Shown: piece after piece, positions 8,167 to 18,946 of the stretch
Layout: every line of letters begins with the position of its first letter
How positions within the stretch are numbered: the first letter of the stretch is position 1
Origin: Gemmatimonadales bacterium UBA1142
Lineage (GTDB): Bacteria; Gemmatimonadota; Gemmatimonadetes; Longimicrobiales; Gaopeijiaceae
NCBI GenBank assembly: GCA_002311875.1
Contig: DCAD01000029.1
Location: forward strand, 35,597 to 99,596
Direction: 5' to 3'
DNA: 64,000 nt
Translations under genes and position numbers: made by a program
The notes under the pieces: model-generated
What the model was told of the DNA's origin: nothing
The model's input: only the letters and a program-made list of their open reading frames with translations
Databases searched by the model: none

Positions 8167-10437
8167 TCAGCCGGATGAGCCCTCTGCCGGGCTCTCCCCT
8201 TCAGCGGGCCCATCCAGAGTGGATGGTTCGTCCTTGTCATCGGTAGTATCCGTGAGGTGTCGCGTCGCCGGGTATTCGATCCGACGGTGCATCACGCCCG
8301 AAAGGATCTTTACGAACTCGGCCTTCACATCAGCTACCTCACGCAAGGTAAGCGGGGCCTCTTCAAGCTGGCGGTCAGCAATCTTGCCGTCCACAACCGT
8401 ATCGATCAAATCTTGCAGCCGGCGTACCGTCGGTTCTTGCATAGCACGAGTCGCAGACTCACAGGAATCTGCAAGCATCACGATCGCCGCTTCCTTTGAT
8501 CGGGGCTTTGGCCCCGGATAAGAAAATCTTTCTGAATCAATCTCCCCATCCATCTCCTCGCGCGCCTTCTCGAAAAAGAAACCGATCCGCTGAGTGCCGT
8601 GATGCTCGAGGATAAACTGGGAGATTACCTCGGGAACTTTAGCCTCCCGGGCAAGCTGTACACCTTCGGTAACGTGCTCACGCACAATCTCCGCTGACGT
8701 GCTTGCTTTGAGCTTGTCGTGTGGATTCCGTCCCTCGGGTTGATTCTCCACGAAGTAGTGAGGTTTGAGCATCTTCCCCACGTCATGGTAGTAGGCACCC
8801 ACTCGACTAAGCAGCCCATTCGCTCCAATAGCAGTCGCTGCGCCTTCTGACAAATTTGCAACGTTAATCGTGTGCGCATATGTACCAGGAGCCTCCGAGG
8901 AGAGTCTCCTAAGCAACGGACGAGTGGGATCCGCCCACTCCAGAAGCGTTTGATCCGTGGTGATACCTGTGAACCACTCAAAAACAGAGAGACAGCCCAT
9001 CGCAAGTAAAACGGACACTGCAGCGTTACTTCCCGCGAAAAGGGCATCCCAAGCCACGTCAGGCATAGGTCGAGAAGTTACCAATCCGAGGCTTATAAGC
9101 ATCAGTCCGGCTACCGAAGCGATGATCGCAATTGAGACCCACCAATCCGAGCGCCGTCGCAGTACCCTAACACTGAAAGCCGCCGCCGAACCTCCAGCCG
9201 CAATCAAGAGGAACGTGTCGTATGAAGCAAAGGGCTCCAGTCTACCAGTGATTGCCGCAATAACAAGCACAAGGAACAGCGACATTCGGGTATCCCACAG
9301 AACCGCGACAGGAAGAGCGACAAACGCAATCGGAAGCAACTCTGCTCGGCTGATGGCTACAGCTGCAAAAAAATAGGCAGTGACAAGCAACGCAATCAGC
9401 ATGAGCCAATGGAACGTGGCGTAGACTTTGGGGCGGTTAAAGAAGACCAGAAGACCAAAAAGCCCCAGCAGCATCAAGTTGATTAACCCCGTCCCAAAGA
9501 CAGCTCCGACCGCCAACTCCTGGCCCTGTATGAGACCACGGTTGCGGCGCTCAACTTCGTATGCGCGGAGGTGCTCACGCACTTCAGGGCCAATCGGATC
9601 TCCTTGCCTTGCGATCGCCTGGCCCTCAAGAAAGTCTTGCTTGACCGTTTCAACCGACCTAGCAGCAGCATCACGGTCCATCTCAGTCGCCACAACATTG
9701 AGTACGTAGCTGTATTCGATGTGGTGGAGTAGAACGAGATTCAATAGGTCCAATGCCGATGGAGGTGTCCCTGGAGGTAGCAGCAGTGCGGCCTCATTCA
9801 AGAAGTCCCGGGTCGTCAGCACCTCGGTAATCTGAGCAGTACGCTCAACCGAATCGTTCTCACGAATCGTAACTCGTGTTGTAGTCAAGTTTGCTACCCT
9901 ACCAGCTTCGACAACACCATTTGCTATGATCTCACGTGCCGCACGGGATGCAGAACTGCGGAAAGCATTCCGTGCTGTGTCACCCATGATGTAGTCAACT
10001 TGTGCAGGCGTCGCGATAATGCTGCTAGCCTGAAGAATCTCTTCGAATCTGACTCGGTCACTTGCGGTCGCCGCCGAGTCCAGCTCCTCAAAGAAGCGGT
10101 CGAGCCGGACCACCATCGTGTCCGCAGCATTAGGGTCCACATCGAACGTGCGCGGCACCGCCTCCATGGCAAGTTGTCGTTCAATGTCGAGTTCGGATGC
10201 GGACTTTGGCACACTAAAGGCGACTTCCGCGATTACGTCATCAGGGGCCACACCCCAATCTTCAAAAGGAAGGGAGTCATCGCTCCCCGACGGTGGGAAA
10301 AGGGCGGTCACCAGGACTGTGAGGGTAATCAGCAACAGGACTCTCGAACCGTGATGAAGAAACCTCTTCCCCCTTGAGTCTCCTGGTTTACCTGAGAGGC
10401 TACGGAACATGCTACTGGTCTCGTTTAGCTCGCTCAC
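8167..10437 (-). CDS. pgpH: 7TM-receptor HD-domain phosphohydrolase (PgpH/YqfF-like, putative cyclic-di-AMP phosphodiesterase)
   Basis: 756 aa. Extracytoplasmic N-domain, about 7 hydrophobic helices, C-terminal HD domain (YAHTINVANL, YYHDVGK, LEHHG). Position between phoH and ybeY. Confidence 0.75.
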   Translation of the reverse strand: MSELNETSSMFRSLSGKPGDSRGKRFLHHGSRVLLLITLTVLVTALFPPSGSDDSLPFEDWGVAPDDVIAEVAFSVPKSASELDIERQLAMEAVPRTFDVDPNAADTMVVRLDRFFEELDSAATASDRVRFEEILQASSIIATPAQVDYIMGDTARNAFRSSASRAAREIIANGVVEAGRVANLTTTRVTIRENDSVERTAQITEVLTTRDFLNEAALLLPPGTPPSALDLLNLVLLHHIEYSYVLNVVATEMDRDAAARSVETVKQDFLEGQAIARQGDPIGPEVREHLRAYEVERRNRGLIQGQELAVGAVFGTGLINLMLLGLFGLLVFFNRPKVYATFHWLMLIALLVTAYFFAAVAISRAELLPIAFVALPVAVLWDTRMSLFLVLVIAAITGRLEPFASYDTFLLIAAGGSAAAFSVRVLRRRSDWWVSIAIIASVAGLMLISLGLVTSRPMPDVAWDALFAGSNAAVSVLLAMGCLSVFEWFTGITTDQTLLEWADPTRPLLRRLSSEAPGTYAHTINVANLSEGAATAIGANGLLSRVGAYYHDVGKMLKPHYFVENQPEGRNPHDKLKASTSAEIVREHVTEGVQLAREAKVPEVISQFILEHHGTQRIGFFFEKAREEMDGEIDSERFSYPGPKPRSKEAAIVMLADSCESATRAMQEPTVRRLQDLIDTVVDGKIADRQLEEAPLTLREVADVKAEFVKILSGVMHRRIEYPATRHLTDTTDDKDEPSTLDGPAEGESPAEGSSG

Positions 10438-11423
10438 GTGTCGGACCCTTTCTTCTCCTGCGGAGCTTCCGCATAAGCCTTAATGATGTCCTTGACCAGC
10501 CGATGACGGATCACATCCTTAGCATCCAGGTAGATGATCGAGATCCCGTCTATGTCAGAGAGAATACGCTCGACCTCGAGCAGGCCTGAATAGTCCCTCC
10601 TTGGTAGATCAATTTGGGTCTTGTCACCCGTGATGACGACTTGAGAGTTCAACCCCAGGCGCGTGAGGAACATTTTCATCTGCGCAGTGGTGGCATTCTG
10701 AGCCTCATCCAGAATTACAAATGCGTCGGAAAGCGTTCGGCCGCGCATGTAGGCTAGCGGCGCAATCTCTATTGTTGAGTCGTCGAGGGCGCGTCTCATG
10801 CGGTCACTAGGCATCATGTCTTCGAGAGCATCATAGAGGGGCCTAAGGTAGGGATCGACCTTCTCCTGGAGGTCCCCTGGGAGGAATCCAAGGTGCTCCC
10901 CAGCTTCCACAGCGGGACGAGCCAGGATGATCCGCCGAACATGTTTCTTGTAAAGAGCATCTACAGCGCACGCCACTGCCAGATAAGTCTTACCGGTCCC
11001 TGCGGGTCCTATACCAATAACGATGTCATTTTTGGTGATCGCTTCCATGTACACGCGCTGCCCATCAGACTTCGGAGAGATAACCCGTCGCGACCCCGGT
11101 AGAGCGATCCTAATCATGTCTTCGGCAGGCATGATACCGTCGTCTCCCAGGACGGCGACTCCATCCGCAAAACGTGCGAGATCCGGCACATCAAAGGGTA
11201 CACGAAGTTTGGATAGCTCGATTATGTGCTGCACCACTGGGACAGCGCGTTTAACAGAAGACTGAGAACCCGAGAGGATCAATTCGTCACCACGCATCAC
11301 TACACGGATTCCGAACAAGCTCCTTAGCTCCTGAATGTTTCGATCATTAACGCCAGTCAGCATCAAAAGATCAGCACCCTGAGCATCTAGCCTGTGCTCC
11401 ACGATTGTTTCGCCGTTCGCCAA
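10434..11423 (-). CDS. phoH: PhoH-family ATPase (YbeZ)
   Basis: Walker A GPAGTGKTYLAV, Walker B FVILDEAQN, VITGDKTQIDLP. Confidence 0.92.
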   Translation of the reverse strand: MANGETIVEHRLDAQGADLLMLTGVNDRNIQELRSLFGIRVVMRGDELILSGSQSSVKRAVPVVQHIIELSKLRVPFDVPDLARFADGVAVLGDDGIMPAEDMIRIALPGSRRVISPKSDGQRVYMEAITKNDIVIGIGPAGTGKTYLAVACAVDALYKKHVRRIILARPAVEAGEHLGFLPGDLQEKVDPYLRPLYDALEDMMPSDRMRRALDDSTIEIAPLAYMRGRTLSDAFVILDEAQNATTAQMKMFLTRLGLNSQVVITGDKTQIDLPRRDYSGLLEVERILSDIDGISIIYLDAKDVIRHRLVKDIIKAYAEAPQEKKGSDT

Positions 11424-11466
11424 TTTTTCTCCTGAAGGTGGAAGGCTGAGCCTGACCGTCCTACCC

Positions 11467-13254
11467 TTACCCTTCCGAACTCTCGAGGATCGTCAAACCG
11501 AGCTCTGAAAGCTCTGAGTTGCCCACCAAAGCAGGTGCACCTTCGTATAAAGCTCGAGCAGCAGTGGTTTTGGGAAAAGCTATGACGTCCCTGAGACTCT
11601 CGGACTTCGAGAATCTTTGTACGATTCGGTCCATACCGAGCGCTATTCCGCCATGCGGTGGTGCACCGGCTGACAGCGCCTTGAGGAGAAAGCCAAATTT
11701 CTGCTCAATTTCCTCATCCCTCATCCCTAAGGCTCGAAGAACTCGACGCTGAAGTTCGGGTTGATAAACCCTGATGCTTCCTGATCCCAGTTCGCTGCCG
11801 TTATAGACGAGATCGTAGGCAGTACCTCGGACCGAGACCGGATCTGACTCAAGCAGTTCAATGTCATCCAAGTGAGGCATGACGAATGGATGATGGCTTG
11901 GTGTAATCTCGCCATCCCTCACATCGAATAACGGGAAGTCGGTTACCCAAAGCCAAGAATGCTTGTGTTCTGGAGAAAGCTCAATCGTTGCGATGGCCTC
12001 GGAACGAACTGCGGCGAGAACCGGAGAGGTTAGTGAGTCCGGCCCAAACGCCACGATCGCGAGATCTCCGGGAACTAGCCCCATCGCTAACGAATGTTCA
12101 GGGGCCAAGAACTTCCCAAGTGGGCCTGAAGCTCCATCTCTTGTTTGCTTGGCCCACAACAATCCAGGTGCACCAGCCTCTTTTGCCCTTGACTCTATAG
12201 CAGCGATCTGCCGCCTGGATAGTTGCGCTCCACCGGCGAGGCGCAATCCACGAACCCGAGCACCGGCCTCGACTGCTGAGTCGATCATATCAAAGCCTAA
12301 GCTGGAAGTGGCTTGGGTCCAATCAGCAATCTCCAACTCGTATCGGAGGTCCGGACAATCCGAACCATAGCGCTCCATCGCTTCTGCCCAAGTAAGCCTG
12401 GGAAAAGGCCGTGAGATATCGATCCCAGCGAGATCCGCCAAGCGTAGCATGAGCCCCTCGATCCAGGAGAGGATATCCTCAGATTCGACGAAGGAGGCTT
12501 CTAGGTCGATTTGTGTGAACTCAGGCTGGCGGTCTGAACGCAAATCCTCATCACGGAAACAGCGTGCGATCTGGAAGTAACGGTCGAAACCGGAAACCAT
12601 CAGTATCTGTTTATAAATCTGAGGGCTCTGAGGCAGCGCATAGAACTCGCCATGGTGCACGCGACTGGGCACCAAATAGTCACGAGCCCCTTCTGGTGTC
12701 GCCTTCGTAAGGATCGGTGTTTCAACTTCGACAAAGCCACATTCGTCTAGGTAATTCCGGGTTGCGAGAATCAGTTTATGCCTCAATACCAGCGTGTCCT
12801 GGAGTTCACGCCGTCTGAGATCGAGCACTCGGTGCTTAAGCCGGAGTTCCTCTGAAGGAAGTTCGTCCTCCGGCCCCCGATAGACCGGTATCGCTGGAGT
12901 CTGTGCGTCCGAAAACAACTCTAAAGATGTGGCATGGACCTCTACTTCCCCGGTTTCCAGATCTGGGTTCTGTGCGCCCTGGGGTCTTGGAACGACAATC
13001 CCTTTAATCTGGATGACATCCTCTTGACCCAATCCACGTGCATCCTCCAGAGAAGCTTCCTCCGTCCAATCAGGCCCGAAAGACACCTGTACCAGGCCAC
13101 TCCTGTCCCTAAGGTCAACGAAAAGCAACCCACCCAAGTCTCTTCGTCGGTGTACCCAACCTGCCAATGTTACTTCACTTCCCGCGTGGCTAGCTCTTAG
13201 GCGGCCCACCATTCGGGAGCGGAGTTGGGTACGCTCAATCGATGTTTCGGACAT
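11467..13254 (-). CDS. aspS: Aspartyl-tRNA synthetase
   Basis: 595 aa. OB fold followed by class II motifs FYALPQSPQ, FRDEDLRSDRQPEFTQID and GGIALGMDR. Confidence 0.95.
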   Translation of the reverse strand: MSETSIERTQLRSRMVGRLRASHAGSEVTLAGWVHRRRDLGGLLFVDLRDRSGLVQVSFGPDWTEEASLEDARGLGQEDVIQIKGIVVPRPQGAQNPDLETGEVEVHATSLELFSDAQTPAIPVYRGPEDELPSEELRLKHRVLDLRRRELQDTLVLRHKLILATRNYLDECGFVEVETPILTKATPEGARDYLVPSRVHHGEFYALPQSPQIYKQILMVSGFDRYFQIARCFRDEDLRSDRQPEFTQIDLEASFVESEDILSWIEGLMLRLADLAGIDISRPFPRLTWAEAMERYGSDCPDLRYELEIADWTQATSSLGFDMIDSAVEAGARVRGLRLAGGAQLSRRQIAAIESRAKEAGAPGLLWAKQTRDGASGPLGKFLAPEHSLAMGLVPGDLAIVAFGPDSLTSPVLAAVRSEAIATIELSPEHKHSWLWVTDFPLFDVRDGEITPSHHPFVMPHLDDIELLESDPVSVRGTAYDLVYNGSELGSGSIRVYQPELQRRVLRALGMRDEEIEQKFGFLLKALSAGAPPHGGIALGMDRIVQRFSKSESLRDVIAFPKTTAARALYEGAPALVGNSELSELGLTILESSEG

Positions 13255-13269
13255 AATCAGCCGTTTTAG

Positions 13270-13764
13270 TCAGTATTGACGGTGCCCTAATACCCTTAAA
13301 TCAAGCGTTGTGAGCAACCACCACGCAAAAGCGTACCCTAGAAGAACTCCGACCGCATCAGCCGACAGGTCGGCGACAGAAAGGTCCCTCCCCGGTACGA
13401 AAGACTGGTGCCACTCATCGCTCGCTCCATACAGGACCCCGACTGCGATCACGGTCCAGTGTGCCAAACCATTCTTACTACTTAACCGACCGTACTGTAG
13501 CATCGCTCCAAGTACGGAATACAAGGCCACATGAATGACCTTATCATTAACGGGAAACGAGAAAGGAAACGAGGACAAATCCGAATACGATAACGAACTC
13601 AACAAGAACAGGACCGTCATCCACGCAACGGTGGGGGCCCAGGCAATCAGCTGACGGGTCACTCGGGTCGGAATCTGCCTCGCCTTCAGCGGGTGGTGGT
13701 GGACGGCTAAGTTAAGCTCGCCCGCAGAGCGATTCAAGAAACAATAGGCTGCTCCGCCCTCCAC
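13270..13764 (-). CDS. VanZ-like family membrane protein
   Basis: Four hydrophobic helices with HVALYSVLG and SDEWHQSFVPGR. The start is uncertain: the longest ORF begins only 6 bp from the divergent rlmN ATG, so an internal GTG (about 13662) is possible. Confidence 0.6.
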   Translation of the reverse strand: MEGGAAYCFLNRSAGELNLAVHHHPLKARQIPTRVTRQLIAWAPTVAWMTVLFLLSSLSYSDLSSFPFSFPVNDKVIHVALYSVLGAMLQYGRLSSKNGLAHWTVIAVGVLYGASDEWHQSFVPGRDLSVADLSADAVGVLLGYAFAWWLLTTLDLRVLGHRQY

Positions 13765-13770
13765 TCACCC

Positions 13771-14856
13771 ATGTCTAAACACCCGAACACTGATCTCCTG
13801 TCTTTGGAGCCCGAAGGCTTGGTACGGGCCCTTGAAAGCCATTTTCGACAACGAGACCAGCCGGTCTACCGAATTGGGCAAGTCCGACGATGGTTATATG
13901 AAGGCCTCTCAGCTTCGATTGATGAGATGACAGACCTTCCACTGAGCGAGAGGGACGCATTAAAACACTTTTTCACCCTCACACAGCTAGAAAAGGCTCG
14001 TGTTGAGGTGAGCCAGGACGGGACAGTCAAGCACCTCTGGCGCCTCTCAGACGGGGAGTTTGTCGAGTCAGTTCTGATCCCCACCAAAAAGCGACTTACC
14101 CTTTGTATCTCTTCGCAAGCCGGATGCGCGATGGGGTGCACATTTTGTGCGACCGGTTGGGGTGGTTTCCAACGGCAGCTTACGGCTGGCGAGATCGTGT
14201 CCCAGTACGCTGCTTCGAGGCGCTGGGCTGAGAAGCATCTCGGGGACACGATCTCGAACATAGTATACATGGGAATGGGAGAGCCTCTCTCGAACCGTAA
14301 GGCAGTCCATCACTCCCTCTCCATCCTGAACCAGGGATACGGAGTCGGTGCACGTAGGATCACCGTGTCAACGGTAGGAGTCGTCCCTGGTATCCTAGAA
14401 CTCGCCGAACGACCCGAACAGTTCCGACTGGCGCTGTCCCTTCATGCGCCAATAAGCGACCTGCGTTTACGTCTTATTCCCTTAGAGAAGCGTCATCCAC
14501 TTCCCGAAGTGCTCTCAGCACTGAAACGCTTTAATGAATCGGGGGGAAAGAGGATCACTTTCGAGTACACGATGATCCGTGGGGTGAATGATGCCTCAGA
14601 GCTCATAGCTCCACTGGCCGACCTGGCGTTGAGCGTCGGTGCCTACGTTAACCTTATCCCCTTCAACCCAATCCCGTACCAGAATTGGGAGTCATCTGAG
14701 CACCATCGAATCAAGGACTTCGCCAAAAACCTCCAAAGACGGGGAGTTCCAGCAGCTATACGTGAGACTCGAGGACAGGATATCGATGCCGCTTGTGGTC
14801 AGCTGAGAGCTCACACGCTCGTCCAGCTTGAGGGGTCTAGAGAACGGGAACATTGA
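13771..14856 (+). CDS. rlmN: 23S rRNA/tRNA adenine-C2 methyltransferase RlmN (radical SAM)
   Basis: Radical-SAM CxxxCxxC (SSQAGCAMGCTFCATG), GMGEPL, conserved C-terminal Cys (DIDAACGQL). Confidence 0.93.
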   Translation: MSKHPNTDLLSLEPEGLVRALESHFRQRDQPVYRIGQVRRWLYEGLSASIDEMTDLPLSERDALKHFFTLTQLEKARVEVSQDGTVKHLWRLSDGEFVESVLIPTKKRLTLCISSQAGCAMGCTFCATGWGGFQRQLTAGEIVSQYAASRRWAEKHLGDTISNIVYMGMGEPLSNRKAVHHSLSILNQGYGVGARRITVSTVGVVPGILELAERPEQFRLALSLHAPISDLRLRLIPLEKRHPLPEVLSALKRFNESGGKRITFEYTMIRGVNDASELIAPLADLALSVGAYVNLIPFNPIPYQNWESSEHHRIKDFAKNLQRRGVPAAIRETRGQDIDAACGQLRAHTLVQLEGSREREH

Positions 14857-14888
14857 GAGTGGCCTTGAGTTGGCTGAACCATCCTGGC

Positions 14889-15611
14889 TTAATGGATTCC
14901 GCGAGCGATGCGGTCCCACCGGATTTCGCGTAGCCAAGGAAATGGCCTGAACGAATCCCTATCGTAAGAGAAGTATGTGAAAACGACCCGCCCCTCTAGC
15001 CGCCAACCCTCCAACAGCCCCCAATAGCGTGAGTCGAGGCTAGTTTCGCGATTGTCACCCATCATGAAATACCGGTCCTCAGGAATGAAGAGTGGACCCC
15101 AGTTGTCTCTGGTAGGTTCATAGGTCGATCGATCGACTCCAGACAACAGGTAGTCCGGCTGCCATTCCATCCAGGGCGGGATTCCTCCCTCGTCCGCACG
15201 GTTTGTGTGCTTCACATAGGGCTCCGCTAGAGGCTCCCCATTCAGAAAGAGCATCTGATCTCGCATCTCTAACGTGTCACCCGGCATGCCGATCAGGCGC
15301 TTCACCAGCTTAATCTCCGTTTCGTGCGGCGGATCAAAGACAATTACGTCACCCCGTCTCGGCGATGAATACCCCGGGATACGCACGTCCGTTAATGGTA
15401 TCCGCGAGCCGATGGCGGCCCTATTGGCGACCAACATGTCACCTACGAGCAGAGTGTCTTCCATCGATCCGGATGTGATGACGAAAGTCTGCAACAGAAA
15501 AGACCTGAGGAAAAAGAAAAGCACTACCGCGATGAGAATGGACTTGACCCATTCGATCACTGCATTGGGCTGGGTCTCAACCGAGTTCAATTCGTCACCG
15601 GCAGTCGCCAT
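14889..15611 (-). CDS. lepB: Signal peptidase I
   Basis: N-terminal TM, catalytic Ser box SGSMEDTL, Lys box VKRLIGMPGD, GDNRETSLDSRYWG. Confidence 0.92.
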   Translation of the reverse strand: MATAGDELNSVETQPNAVIEWVKSILIAVVLFFFLRSFLLQTFVITSGSMEDTLLVGDMLVANRAAIGSRIPLTDVRIPGYSSPRRGDVIVFDPPHETEIKLVKRLIGMPGDTLEMRDQMLFLNGEPLAEPYVKHTNRADEGGIPPWMEWQPDYLLSGVDRSTYEPTRDNWGPLFIPEDRYFMMGDNRETSLDSRYWGLLEGWRLEGRVVFTYFSYDRDSFRPFPWLREIRWDRIARGIH

Positions 15612-15698
15612 TCGGGTCCCAGCCCTAGTCTTTTCTGTCTTGTTCTTAGACGTATTGAAGGCATCGATTCTACCTACCTATGAAGCCCTAGTAGTGTT

Positions 15699-16181
15699 CT
15701 AGCGTCGTAGCCAACCCCGAGGGTCCCACCACAAAGTAGTGATTTCCTTAGATTGGCTGCTATCGACAGGGAGTAGCCATTGGCTACCAAGTAGCACCGA
15801 GATATCAAGATATAGGTTCGAGTCAGGCTCGCTCCGGACATTACGAATTCCCAGTACCGCCGCAACTGACTGGGCTGGGTTAGAATTCTCAACCCGGTCT
15901 ACAACTACGGACTCCACCCGGCTAAAAGAACTCGCATTCCCAAACCAGACTACGTCAAAACCAGCAGAGCGAAGGGCAGCAGTGGCCTTCCGGGCCACCC
16001 CGGAAACGCCACCCGCATTAAGAACTTCGACCCTTACTCGTCCATCCACGACAGGTTGGTCAACGGCAGAGGCTTCAGCTCGTGGAGCCGACTCATCTGG
16101 CAGCTGGAGAAGTATTACGACTCCTACTACTGCTACGAAAACGGAGATACCCACGACGACTAGCCGAATAAATAGTTTCAA
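15699..16181 (-). CDS. LytR_C-domain membrane-anchored protein
   Basis: N-terminal TM followed by VRVEVLNAGGVSGVARKATAALRSAGFDVVWFGNA, typical of the LytR C-terminal domain. Confidence 0.7.
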   Translation of the reverse strand: MKLFIRLVVVGISVFVAVVGVVILLQLPDESAPRAEASAVDQPVVDGRVRVEVLNAGGVSGVARKATAALRSAGFDVVWFGNASSFSRVESVVVDRVENSNPAQSVAAVLGIRNVRSEPDSNLYLDISVLLGSQWLLPVDSSQSKEITTLWWDPRGWLRR

Positions 16182-16777
16182 AGACCGTTCACCAGGGCGT
16201 CCCAGAAACCGACGGTCTCCGGAAAAAGCTGCAGACCATGCTCAATAGAATAAGTGATCCGGGCCGCAACGATTTCAGTGGTGACGTCATTGAGCTCCTC
16301 AGGCATCCGTGCACGCAAGCGCTCACACCACTCCACCTTGATCATCCGCCCAGGTTCCAAGAAGTCTGCGCTGTACAATGCACGGCCAAGTCCATTCAGG
16401 GACTCATGACCAATTGAGTGGTAGGTGACCGCTCCGAGTAGCTCGTCATCTAGAATCCCTTCCAAGCGCAGTCTCTCTGCGACCGCCGGGCCATGGAGCA
16501 TGTCAGGAGGCAAAATTCTGAGTCCAGAAGGAAGCTTGAGCCTAAGGGTTTCCGGATGATTCTCACGAAGTGCGTCGTGAAGGTATCCGGTGGCTCGCCA
16601 GCGAGCTGTATCAATAGCTGAGAGATGAAGAGATACCGCCCAATCGCCGAGTAGCGACGAAACACCAGCCATGTGTTCGTAGCGTGTTGGAGTAACTGTG
16701 CTCCAATCTGGCAACCGTCCCTTGGCGGCGGCCTCTATGATGGGGTGTAGTCTTTTTCTCACGGGGAAACATGGCAA
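16178..16777 (-). CDS. HD-domain phosphohydrolase, YqeK-like (putative Ap4A hydrolase)
   Basis: RYEHMAGVSSL...GYLHDALRE fits the R-x-E-H-x-x-G-V...LHD pattern of YqeK-type HD proteins. ATGA overlap with the downstream gene. Confidence 0.6.
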   Translation of the reverse strand: MPCFPVRKRLHPIIEAAAKGRLPDWSTVTPTRYEHMAGVSSLLGDWAVSLHLSAIDTARWRATGYLHDALRENHPETLRLKLPSGLRILPPDMLHGPAVAERLRLEGILDDELLGAVTYHSIGHESLNGLGRALYSADFLEPGRMIKVEWCERLRARMPEELNDVTTEIVAARITYSIEHGLQLFPETVGFWDALVNGL

Positions 16778-16872
16778 GGATCAACCCGCTACGGGAAGCC
16801 CTAGACGGAAGAGGAAGTCCTTTTCGGTCACTACCTTCAGACTGTTACGTCTCCCAAGAACGTTTTGGGACT

Positions 16873-17652
16873 TCAGCCTCTGTCCATCCCGATCCTAAGG
16901 CTCTGGAGAAAATCAGCACCAGCATCAATCCCACCTTTATCCAGCGCCTGGATCAGGGCGCTCCCAACGACAACACCGTCCGCCACCGCGGCAACTGAAG
17001 CTGCCTGCTCAGGTGTCGAGATCCCAAAGCCGACTGCCACCGGCAGTGAGACAACCGATCGAATCCGGTCCAACTCCTCTGTGAGGGACTTGCGCAGTTC
17101 CGCACGCGCCCCTGTCACGCCAGTTCGGGATATGTAGTACACGAAGCCAGATCCTCCATGCGTTACTTTAGTGATCCTCTCAAACCGGGTCGTCGGAGCG
17201 ATGAGCCGAATTAGTGCGAGCGGAGATTCGGAGATCGTCGCCTCCACCTTGGGATCGGCCCCGGTCGGGAGGTCCGTAAGAAGAATGCCGTTCGCACCAG
17301 CTGCAACTGCGTCGGAGAGAAACGCTTCCAATCCATAAGCTAGAATTGGATTCAGGTAGCTAAAAAGCACCACTGGGGCGTCATTGCCCGCCCGGAATGC
17401 TCGGAGGTCAGCGAGAACTGAGGCGACGGTCGTGCCGTTCTGCAGTGCCTCGAACGATGAGCGCTGGATTGTAGGCCCATCCGCTAGAGGGTCAGAGAAA
17501 GGGATACCTAGTTCGATCACGTCTGCACCGACATCCGTGAGCCGTTCGAGCAACGGAATCGTCACGTCACGATTGGGATAACCAGCAGTCACGAATGGTA
17601 TTAATGCAGCCCTGCCCTGCGATCCCAGCAACTTGAAAGTCTTCGAGATCAA
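16873..17652 (-). CDS. trpA: Tryptophan synthase alpha chain
   Basis: LIPFVTAGYP, ELGIPFSDPLADGPTIQ, GFGISTPEQ. Confidence 0.95.
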   Translation of the reverse strand: MISKTFKLLGSQGRAALIPFVTAGYPNRDVTIPLLERLTDVGADVIELGIPFSDPLADGPTIQRSSFEALQNGTTVASVLADLRAFRAGNDAPVVLFSYLNPILAYGLEAFLSDAVAAGANGILLTDLPTGADPKVEATISESPLALIRLIAPTTRFERITKVTHGGSGFVYYISRTGVTGARAELRKSLTEELDRIRSVVSLPVAVGFGISTPEQAASVAAVADGVVVGSALIQALDKGGIDAGADFLQSLRIGMDRG

Positions 17653-17743
17653 TACATCATCATCCGTAGTTGAGGGGCTCCGTTATAGTGCAACTAAGGT
17701 GTCCATCATCGTTTCTTCGCCTAGGTGATAGCCACGGATCTCA

Positions 17744-18946
17744 TCAGATAAGCGGCTCACTACCCTCGATCTGGGCGACATGTGATACATCCTTATCGCC
17801 CCTTCCAGAGAGACAGACTACGACGGGACCCTCGTCCCGGTATTTCGCACCAAAGTCGAGGACATAAGCAATGGCATGAGCGGATTCCAGCGCCGGAATA
17901 ATTCCTTCTAGTTGGGAAAGTCGGTGAAAAGCCTTCAGCGCATCTTGATCTGTAACCGCGGTATATTCAGCGCGACCTATATCCTTTAGATAGGAGTGTT
18001 CTGGACCGACGCCCGGGTAGTCGAGCCCTGCGGAAACCGAGTGCGCTGGTGAGACCTGCCCATCCGCGTCTTGTAAGAGGTAGCTCAGCGAGCCATGGAG
18101 AACACCTGGCCGACCCACCGCAAGTGATGCTGCATGTTGCCCAGTCTCTATACCTGTCCCCGCAGCCTCTACCCCGATTAACCGGACCTCTTTGTCCGAA
18201 AGGAATGGATGAAATATCCCGATGGCGTTCGAACCTCCTCCGACGCATGCGACAACGGCAGACGGAAGCCGACCAGTAACTTCAAGAATCTGTTCTCGTG
18301 TCTCTCGCCCAATGACAGTTTGGAAGTCTCTTACCATTCGAGGAAACGGATCCGGACCCACAACTGACCCTATGATGTAGTGGGTTGTTTCTACATTTGT
18401 TACCCAATCGCGGATCGCTTCATTGGTCGCGTCCTTGAGCGTGCGTGTACCCGAACCCACAACTCTGACTTCAGCTCCGAGCAGCTTCATACGGTACACA
18501 TTGAGGGCCTGGCGCTCAACATCCTCCTCACCCATGTAGACGATGCATTCCAAATCGAATAGGGCGCACGCAGTCGCGGTCGCAACCCCATGCTGCCCAG
18601 CTCCAGTTTCGGCGATGATGCGGCGCTTACCCATCCTGATGGCTAGCAACGCCTGACCAATCGTGTTGTTTATCTTGTGAGCACCAGTGTGGTTGAGGTC
18701 TTCCCGTTTCAAGTAGATTGAGGGGTGTGCAGCCTCCTCTCCCAGACGCTCTGCATGGTAGAGAGCAGTGGGACGACCTGCGAAGTTACTGAGCAGAAAG
18801 TCAACCTTGGACACGAAACTCTGGTCTGAGGCGGCTGCGTCGTACTCGGCGCTGAGTTCCTCAAGGGCTCCGATTAGGGTTTCCGGCACGTATCGGCCCC
18901 CAAAGGGGCCGAATCGATTCATTCGAGCCGGTGTTTCAGCGCTCAC
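17744..18946 (-). CDS. trpB: Tryptophan synthase beta chain
   Basis: PLP-lysine motif [29 protein letters not shown]. Confidence 0.96.
   Translation of the reverse strand: MSAETPARMNRFGPFGGRYVPETLIGALEELSAEYDAAASDQSFVSKVDFLLSNFAGRPTALYHAERLGEEAAHPSIYLKREDLNHTGAHKINNTIGQALLAIRMGKRRIIAETGAGQHGVATATACALFDLECIVYMGEEDVERQALNVYRMKLLGAEVRVVGSGTRTLKDATNEAIRDWVTNVETTHYIIGSVVGPDPFPRMVRDFQTVIGRETREQILEVTGRLPSAVVACVGGGSNAIGIFHPFLSDKEVRLIGVEAAGTGIETGQHAASLAVGRPGVLHGSLSYLLQDADGQVSPAHSVSAGLDYPGVGPEHSYLKDIGRAEYTAVTDQDALKAFHRLSQLEGIIPALESAHAIAYVLDFGAKYRDEGPVVVCLSGRGDKDVSHVAQIEGSEPLI

Noticed and set aside
15739-16248. 169-aa plus-strand ORF opposite the LytR_C gene
   Set aside because: It is antisense to a gene with a recognisable LytR_C domain. 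The translation is Ser/Thr/Arg-rich and low-complexity.
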